DNA of 10,994 nt. Source: a virus. Its lineage: Duplodnaviria > Heunggongvirae > Uroviricota > Caudoviricetes. Both the position numbers and the translations under genes were made by a program. Under the pieces are notes generated by a model. It ran no database searches. It was not told the DNA's origin and saw nothing but the letters and a program-made list of their open reading frames with translations. The stretch is from IMG/VR virus record IMGVR_UViG_2617270998_000005. One strand, 5' to 3'. The number at the start of each line of letters is the position of its first letter. Position 1 is the first letter of the stretch. Shown in pieces: positions 1 to 5,006 of the stretch.

Positions 1-231
1 CATGGCGGCAGCAAGTTCAGAGGCAGGAACAACCTGTTCTCCGGCGGCGACAGCAGTAAGACTTCCTTCCTGGTATTGCTTACGCCAGAGAAATAACTGG
101 CTGGCTGCTACACCATGTTGCCGGGCAACGAGGGAGACCGTCATCCCCGGTTCAAAGCTCTGCTGAACAATTGCGATCTTTTCCTGTGTGGTACGCCGTC
201 TGCGTTTCTCCGGCCCTAAGACATCAATCAT
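1..231 (-). CDS. insC: IS2 transposase OrfA (InsC), N-terminal 77 codons; 3' part outside window
   Basis: Minus-strand ATG at 229-231. Translation [77 protein letters not shown] matches IS2 InsC from memory. The ORF runs off the window start. Confidence 0.9.
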
Positions 232-322
232 CTGTTCTCCAATGACTAGTCTAAAAACTAGTATTAAGACTATCACTTATTTAAGTGATACTGGTTGTCT
301 GGAGATTCAGGGGGCCAGTCTA
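1..322 (-). mobile_element. IS2: IS2 insertion sequence, left end (terminal inverted repeat plus 5' part of insC); remainder lies beyond the window start
   Basis: Reverse complement of 216-322 reads TAGACTGGCCCCCTGAATCTCCAGACAACC...ACTAGTCATTGGAGAACAGATGATTGATGTC, which matches the IS2 left terminus and insC start as I recall them. The element terminus is at position 322. Confidence 0.92.
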
Positions 323-498
323 GATGTATTGCATAGTATTTCGTATGAATTGATATAGATAAGAATCAGTCTTAATTCATTAGCAAATATTGAAACTCAA
401 AATGTCTGTTTTTGATACAAAGCTGACAACCAGACCAGTTCTAGCCATGTGCCATCAAAATGTCAATTCATATCTGAAGTAATGCTCTTTAATTTCGT

Positions 499-921
499 TC
501 ACCGTGGTAATGTTCGAATATTTCCCTTATAAAATGCCAAAATCCGCTGCATAACTTCGCTCTTCCGGCACTCGCGACAGATTATGTTCATACGCCTGTC
601 GTAGCGACGTATTTCTCCGTCAGGTAATGACCAGATAAGGTCCGGATCAACCACAGCAGGTTTCTTCACCTTTGCCCTCGAGAGTTTTTTGCGGGCGTTT
701 TGCCAGTCCTTACGCGCCTGTTCAGAGGGGAATAACCCGTAGCCGGAGTTGTATACATCGCCACTGGCAACCAGCTCTCTGGCAAGAACGCTCATCAGAT
801 ATCTTGTCGCACCTGTTTTAGCTTCCAGTTGCCGTAGCGTCTCACGACCGCTCTGGCGCACGAGTTCCACCACCTGCCCTTTAATTTTTTCCCGCTCTTC
901 TTGTGTAAAAACTTTTGCCAC
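499..921 (-). CDS. hypothetical phage protein (140 aa), immediately downstream of the O-like replication gene; function unknown
   Basis: Six-frame ORF. GTG start at 919-921 preceded by a strong Shine-Dalgarno (AAGGGGGA, about 5 nt spacing). No upstream in-frame ATG. Lies 40 bp after the O-like gene stop on the same strand. No family recognised. Confidence 0.55.
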   Translation of the reverse strand: MAKVFTQEEREKIKGQVVELVRQSGRETLRQLEAKTGATRYLMSVLARELVASGDVYNSGYGLFPSEQARKDWQNARKKLSRAKVKKPAVVDPDLIWSLPDGEIRRYDRRMNIICRECRKSEVMQRILAFYKGNIRTLPR

Positions 922-961
922 AAGTCCCCCTTAAAATTACCTCATGACCTGAAATCAACAC

Positions 962-1927
962 TTATCCCCTGAAACCAGGCGGAATTTCTGTATCCGGTTC
1001 AGAAATATGATTCACACAACGCTGTACAGACGAACGCCCCAGACGGATGACCAGTTCATCCCATTTTTCACGAAGTTTTGACGGGCTCATGATGTTTTTT
1101 ACCCAGAATGGATCTCGCTGTACCCGACCAAACATTTCGCAAATTTGTCTGTGGCTTCTGCCATCCAGCATCCGCATTGTGCGCACGTCATTGGCCCAGG
1201 CAGTCCAGTTAGGCTCTTTTGGTCGCATGATCTCGCCATCATCACTGGCTGCCTGTTCGTAGAGACCCACGATCCGCCCCCAGATCCACTGCGCACACGC
1301 CAAATCCTCCCTGCTACCCCACTGGCGTTTTTTCGCACTAAACACAACCGCGTCGGAGTTCCGGGTTAAAAAATCCTGTTCAGTCGTCTGCGGGTCCGGT
1401 TGCGAAGCTTCCGGACGAAAAGTGTTTTTATTCTCTGTAGTAATCTCTGTTGTATTCTCTGTAAGATCATCAGGCCATTTTGACCCGATGACATTGGGTC
1501 GTTTTGAACCAATGGAGCGTTTCATTTTGACCTCTTCCATCGTGTCATTTTGACCTGATGGAGCGGCGCATTTTGAACCGATGGATTCGCTCAATTTGCC
1601 ACCATCTAAAAGCTCGCTCCCATAGTTGATCGTGTAGAAATTGGTCATATCGCGCTTTGATTTATTGAGCTTTTCACAACGCAAAAGCCCCAGCGTTTTC
1701 AGACTTGCAAACGCGCGCTTTAACGTTGACTCTGACCAGAATGGGAACTGTTCCAGCCATTGTTCCGTTGTGTTGTAAATCCAGCGAACACCATCACATT
1801 CCATGCCGGAATTGGTATCTCTCAACCAGTAATGCAACTGCTGCAACACAATGGCTTCATTTAAGCCAATCTTCATCGCAAGCTGTGTGTTTATAACCAG
1901 TGGGCGTTCAGCAAAAAGAAGGCTCAT
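962..1927 (-). CDS. phage replication initiator, lambda O-like (321 aa from the internal ATG; the ORF track extends to a TTG at 1981)
   Basis: N-terminal region resembles a winged-helix replisome-organizer domain (by eye). The gene body contains the iteron array, as in lambda O/ori. The protein carries a matching SIGSK repeat. Position is downstream of the cro-like gene. ATG at 1925-1927 has a GGATGG-like SD; the TTG at 1981 would overlap the upstream gene by 74 nt. Start choice is uncertain. Confidence 0.7.
   Translation of the reverse strand: MSLLFAERPLVINTQLAMKIGLNEAIVLQQLHYWLRDTNSGMECDGVRWIYNTTEQWLEQFPFWSESTLKRAFASLKTLGLLRCEKLNKSKRDMTNFYTINYGSELLDGGKLSESIGSKCAAPSGQNDTMEEVKMKRSIGSKRPNVIGSKWPDDLTENTTEITTENKNTFRPEASQPDPQTTEQDFLTRNSDAVVFSAKKRQWGSREDLACAQWIWGRIVGLYEQAASDDGEIMRPKEPNWTAWANDVRTMRMLDGRSHRQICEMFGRVQRDPFWVKNIMSPSKLREKWDELVIRLGRSSVQRCVNHISEPDTEIPPGFRG
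1476..1590. repeat. origin-of-replication iterons: five direct repeats of about 23-bp period, core CATTTTGA(A/C)C followed by GATGG-like half
   Basis: Copies at 1476-1485 (cattttgacc), 1500-1510 (cgttttgaacc), 1523-1532 (cattttgacc), 1546-1555 (cattttgacc), 1569-1579 (cattttgaacc). A degenerate sixth may lie at 1591-1600. All are inside the O-like gene. Confidence 0.75.
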
Positions 1928-2429
1928 AATTCCATCCAGCTTTTTGTTGGTATTGCTGTCGATACGCAAGTTTGAAAGCAATTGCTTTTTCTATAAGTTC
2001 GTCAGTTTCACGATCCACTACGGCAGGATCAGCAAAAAGCAGTCCGGACTCCACCACATCGCCATATTCTTTGTTTAACCCGGCGATCATGTACGTGATG
2101 CTTTTTCCGTCACTAATTTCACGATACAACCTGAAATCATTAATCCGGATAGCCTCCATAATTGCAGGCACTAGCGCCGTGAACTTTTCACGCTTATCCC
2201 TGGTGTCGATAGCCTTCCAGCGTTCGAATATCTTCACTCGATTAACGCCAAGCGCTCGCTGATCAACCGCGCCACCTTCATCTGTGACACGCTGAACATC
2301 GATGTTCGGGCGCTCTTTCAAAGCCCAGAATGCTTCAGTGATTAATATCGTCGCCTGCTCCTGTGTCATTCCTGGTCGACATATCCAGGCATCCAGAGCC
2401 TCACGAGCCTGTTCAGGAGTGATTTTCAT
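1908..2429 (-). CDS. hypothetical phage protein (173 aa) between the cro-like gene and the replication initiator; possibly YdaT-like
   Basis: ATG at 2427-2429. Overlaps the dicC stop by 17 nt and the O-like gene start region. The YdaT-like suggestion rests on position (as in Rac ydaS-ydaT) and a weak remembered motif (REK...LVPAI), not on an alignment. Confidence 0.55.
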   Translation of the reverse strand: MKITPEQAREALDAWICRPGMTQEQATILITEAFWALKERPNIDVQRVTDEGGAVDQRALGVNRVKIFERWKAIDTRDKREKFTALVPAIMEAIRINDFRLYREISDGKSITYMIAGLNKEYGDVVESGLLFADPAVVDRETDELIEKAIAFKLAYRQQYQQKAGWNYEPSFC

Positions 2430-2640
2430 TGTTCAACCGCCCCGCCCGCTTCGTCTTACGATATTCGTCATAAACCTTGGGATCATACTGAAGCTCGCCG
2501 CCAGATGCCTCCTGTAGACGCATCGCGCGACCTTCAGGAACCAGCTCTTGCCATTGAGAAACAGCAGATGGGTCAACGCCAGCAGCTTTCGCTACTTTGG
2601 CTTTCGTACCGTAAAAATTAATTACGTCTGATTTAAACAT
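2413..2640 (-). CDS. dicC: Cro-like regulator DicC (75 aa)
   Basis: ATG at 2638-2640 with a GGAGGTG SD just upstream on the minus strand. C-terminal sequence VPEGRAMRLQEASGGELQYDPKVY...RAGRLNNENHS matches my recollection of E. coli DicC. Divergent from dicA. Confidence 0.8.
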   Translation of the reverse strand: MFKSDVINFYGTKAKVAKAAGVDPSAVSQWQELVPEGRAMRLQEASGGELQYDPKVYDEYRKTKRAGRLNNENHS

Positions 2641-2717
2641 CGCACCTCCAATATTGAGTTTTCTCAATGCTAATCACTCAAGGAATCTCAAGTCAAGGGT
2701 TATTAAGATATCTAAAT
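2641..2717. promoter_or_regulatory. dicC-dicA divergent control region with operator-like palindromes
   Basis: Perfect palindrome TTGAGttttCTCAA at 2654-2667. Three TCAAG(G) repeats at 2678, 2688, 2693. Palindrome AGATATCT at 2706-2713, just before the dicA ATG. Confidence 0.5.
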
Positions 2718-3125
2718 ATGAACGAGAAAACTTTAGGTCAACGCATTAGAGAAAGACGTAAGCAGGTAGGCTTAAGTCAAAACGGTTTAAGCAAAGCTGC
2801 TGGCGTATCTGGCTCATCAATTTCATTATGGGAAAGTGACCATACAGCCCCGCGCGGGCAAAATTTGCATCGCCTCGCCGAGGTATTGCAATGTTCACCA
2901 ACCTGGATACTGTTTGGCGACGAGGACAAAACACCAGCTCCCCCTGTTTCACTCGATAGTGCCTTAGACTTATCGGAAGATGAGTTAGAGATGCTGCGTT
3001 TGTATCGCGCACTTCCTAAATCAGAGCAACAAGCACAACTCAGCGAACTCCGCGCCCGCGTTGAGAATTTTAATCGCCTGTTCACCGAGCTATTAGAGGC
3101 TCGCAAACGCAACAAGCATCAATAA
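2718..3125 (+). CDS. dicA: phage repressor DicA (HTH_XRE family, 135 aa)
   Basis: Translation from the ATG at 2718 contains VLQCSPTWILFGDEDK and a C-terminal ...LRARVENFNRLFTELLEARKR, matching E. coli DicA as recalled. Length equals DicA (135 aa). The ORF-track start at 2667 lies inside the operator and is unlikely. Confidence 0.85.
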   Translation: MNEKTLGQRIRERRKQVGLSQNGLSKAAGVSGSSISLWESDHTAPRGQNLHRLAEVLQCSPTWILFGDEDKTPAPPVSLDSALDLSEDELEMLRLYRALPKSEQQAQLSELRARVENFNRLFTELLEARKRNKHQ

Positions 3126-3163
3126 TCATCCCTTCACAAAATTTTAAAGCCTTACATTTCAAT

Positions 3164-3198
3164 GTATTGGCTTTATCTTGCGCCAATACTTGAGTTTT
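3164..3198 (+). terminator. possible intrinsic terminator after dicA (stem GTATTGGC / GCCAATAC, 10-nt loop, then TTGAGTTTT)
   Basis: Inverted repeat 3164-3171 / 3182-3189 read directly. The U-tract is interrupted, so this is weak. Confidence 0.3.
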
Positions 3199-3245
3199 CT
3201 CATCAAAAAACCTTGACGAAAAATAATGAGAAAACTAAATTACCT
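3190..3245 (+). promoter_or_regulatory. dicB-operon promoter with flanking and overlapping operator copies
   Basis: TTGAGttttCTCA at 3190-3202 (same motif as 2654-2667) and an imperfect copy TGAGaaaaCTAA at 3227-3238. A -35 TTGACG at 3213-3218 and -10 TAAATT at 3236-3241 with 17-bp spacing, upstream of ydfA. Confidence 0.5.
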
Positions 3246-3317
3246 CCATCAAGACACCGCACGGTGTTCTCAGCAAACAGTTCCGCTACCCCGGCGTTAA
3301 GGGGAAATGAGGTCAGC

Positions 3318-3473
3318 ATGGATACTATCGATCTTGGCAACAGCGAATCTCTGGTATGTGGCGTGTTCCCCAACCAGGACGGTACGTTCACCGCGATGAC
3401 GTATACCAAAAGCAAAACGTTTAAAACCGAAAATGGTGCCCGTCGCTGGCTGGAAAGAAACTCAGGTGAGTGA
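3318..3473 (+). CDS. ydfA: small prophage protein YdfA (51 aa)
   Basis: ATG at 3318 with a GAGG SD. Translation MDTIDLGNSESLVCGVFPNQDGTFTAMTYTKSKTFKTENGARRWLERNSGE matches E. coli YdfA as recalled. It is the first gene of the dicB operon. Confidence 0.8.
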   Translation: MDTIDLGNSESLVCGVFPNQDGTFTAMTYTKSKTFKTENGARRWLERNSGE

Positions 3474-3474
3474 T

Positions 3475-4050
3475 ATGGATTTCGACACAATCATGGAAAA
3501 GGCTTACGAAGAATACTTCGAAGGCCTTGCCGAAGGCGAAGAAGCTCTCAGCTTCAGTGAGTTTAAACAGGCACTCAGAATAAGAATGTGCTCTCACAAT
3601 GACGCGGAGCACAAATATGAGAAGCAAAATCAGACCGCAGAAAATTTTGTTCTGGAACCCGGAGAAACGCTTTTCAAAATTCCCGTTACGTGCCCCATTT
3701 GCGGTTTTACATCAGAAGAACTTGACGACTCCTGTAACAATCAGGAAACAACCAAGTATGTCGAAGATGATACCGAGTGCGCACGAAGAACGATTATATC
3801 CACGAGTCCAAACTCCAGGACCAATAAATCTCACTTTGAGAGGGTGATTAATCCACTCCCCCAAACCAATAAAAAAGATGCCGGAGGACAAAAAACCCAA
3901 TGGAACAACGGGATATCTGTCAAAAAAAGACGTTCCATTAAAGACAAACAACGCAGCGCCAACAACTGTAAGCGCTTTATACCAGTAATCAATTTTCATG
4001 TTCTTAAGCGGATTTATTGGTGGTTGCGACATTGCTTAATGAATCCTTAA
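3475..4050 (+). CDS. ydfB/ydfC-region ORF (191 aa as a single open frame); N-terminal part credible, C-terminal part doubtful
   Basis: ATG at 3475-3477, overlapping the ydfA stop, with an AGGTGAG SD. The first ~120 residues look protein-like (MDFDTIMEKAYEEYFEGLAEGEE..., CPICG motif). The last ~70 residues are K/N/R-rich and coincide with a minus-strand hydrophobic ORF (3712..4032). It may be a fusion or may really end earlier. Confidence 0.45.
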   Translation: MDFDTIMEKAYEEYFEGLAEGEEALSFSEFKQALRIRMCSHNDAEHKYEKQNQTAENFVLEPGETLFKIPVTCPICGFTSEELDDSCNNQETTKYVEDDTECARRTIISTSPNSRTNKSHFERVINPLPQTNKKDAGGQKTQWNNGISVKKRRSIKDKQRSANNCKRFIPVINFHVLKRIYWWLRHCLMNP

Positions 4051-4309
4051 AACTGTGGTGATTTTAAGGATACCACCTCGCCTGACGTGGTTAAAAGCAG
4101 GCACACAACACGAAAGCGCACGGCGAAGTTCGTCTCACTGTACGGTGTCGTTAAATTTAATTCGACCGTGCGCTTCCGGTTGTGGCAACCCGCGAAATGG
4201 CGCGGCGGTAAGTATGGCGGGGTTATTCCTTCCCCGTTGAGGACACCGAGTTGTCAGGTTGACCATACGCTTAAGTGACAACCCCGCTGCAACGCCCTCT
4301 GTTATCAAT

Positions 4310-4365
4310 TTTCTGGTGACGTTTGGCGGTATCAGTTTTACTCCGTGACTGCTCTGCCGCCGTTT
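4310..4365 (+). ncRNA. dicF: DicF small regulatory RNA (about 53 nt; antisense regulator of ftsZ and other mRNAs)
   Basis: Sequence TTTCTGGTGACGTTTGGCGGTATCAGTTTTACTCCGTGACTGCTCTGCCGCC followed by GTTTTT matches DicF as recalled. It sits in the expected place between the ydfABC region and dicB. Confidence 0.8.
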
Positions 4366-4536
4366 TTAAAGTGAATTTTGTGATGCGGTGAATGCGGCTA
4401 AGCGCACGCGGAACAGTTAAAACCAAAAACAGTGTTATGGGTGGATTCTCTGTATCCGGCGTTAATTGTTAACTGGTTAACGTCACCTGGAGGCACCAGG
4501 CACTGCATCACAAAATTCATTGTTGAGGACGCGATA

Positions 4537-4725
4537 ATGAAAACGTTATTACCAAACGTTAATACGTCTGAAGGTTGTTTTGAAATTGGTGTCACTATCA
4601 GTAACCCTGTATTTACTGAAGATGCCATTAACAAGAGAAAACAAGAACGGGAGCTATTAAATAAAATATGCATTGTTTCAATGCTGGCTCGTTTACGTCT
4701 GATGCCAAAAGGATGTGCACAATGA
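4537..4725 (+). CDS. dicB: cell-division inhibitor DicB (62 aa)
   Basis: ATG at 4537 with a GAGGA SD. Translation MKTLLPNVNTSEGCFEIGVTISNPVFTEDAINKRKQERELLNKICIVSMLARLRLMPKGCAQ matches E. coli DicB as recalled. Confidence 0.9.
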   Translation: MKTLLPNVNTSEGCFEIGVTISNPVFTEDAINKRKQERELLNKICIVSMLARLRLMPKGCAQ

Positions 4726-4913
4726 ATTCAGCATTTGCGCTTGTTCTGACAGTTTTTCTTGTTTCCGGAGAGCCAGTTGATATTGCAGTCAGTGTTCACA
4801 GGACAATGCAGGAGTGTATGACTGCAGCAACCGAACAGAAAATTCCCGGTAACTGTTACCCGGTCGATAAAGTTATTCACCAGTATAATATCGAAATCCC
4901 GGCAGGTCTTTAA
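4722..4913 (+). CDS. ydfD: prophage small protein YdfD (63 aa; reported lysis-inducing in K-12)
   Basis: ATG at 4722-4724 overlaps the dicB TGA (ATGA). Translation MNSAFALVLTVFLVSGEPVDIAVSVHRTMQECMTAATEQKIPGNCYPVDKVIHQYNIEIPAGL matches YdfD as recalled. The N-terminal segment is hydrophobic. Confidence 0.85.
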   Translation: MNSAFALVLTVFLVSGEPVDIAVSVHRTMQECMTAATEQKIPGNCYPVDKVIHQYNIEIPAGL

Positions 4914-5006
4914 AACAGTTCCGTAATAAATATCCGGTTTCATTCTTATATGCCAGCAATGGCAGGGATTTGTTCATCCTTAAATCTGTCATGAGGTTAA
5001 AACAAA

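Noticed and set aside
1047-1369. ORFs 1047..1262 (+), 1099..1347 (-), 1145..1369 (+) and 1705..2262 (+) overlapping the replication genes
   Set aside because: They overlap the O-like and 173-aa genes in other frames or on the opposite strand, with no supporting signals.
2667-2717. N-terminal extension of dicA from the ATG at 2667 (ORF-track start)
   Set aside because: That ATG lies inside the operator palindrome 27 bp from the dicC start. The ATG at 2718 gives the expected 135-aa DicA length.
2746-3115. Minus-strand ORFs 2746..3012 and 2777..3115
   Set aside because: Antisense to dicA, whose product matches a known repressor. No independent support.
4055-4278. Small plus-strand ORFs 4055..4240 and 4087..4278 (GTG starts) in the DicF leader
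   Set aside because: Arg/Gly/Pro-rich products typical of translating GC-rich structured RNA. No SD. The region is better explained as structured leader RNA. A small basic protein cannot be fully excluded.
4398-4943. Minus-strand ORFs 4398..4673 and 4728..4943
   Set aside because: Antisense to dicB and ydfD, both of which match known proteins.
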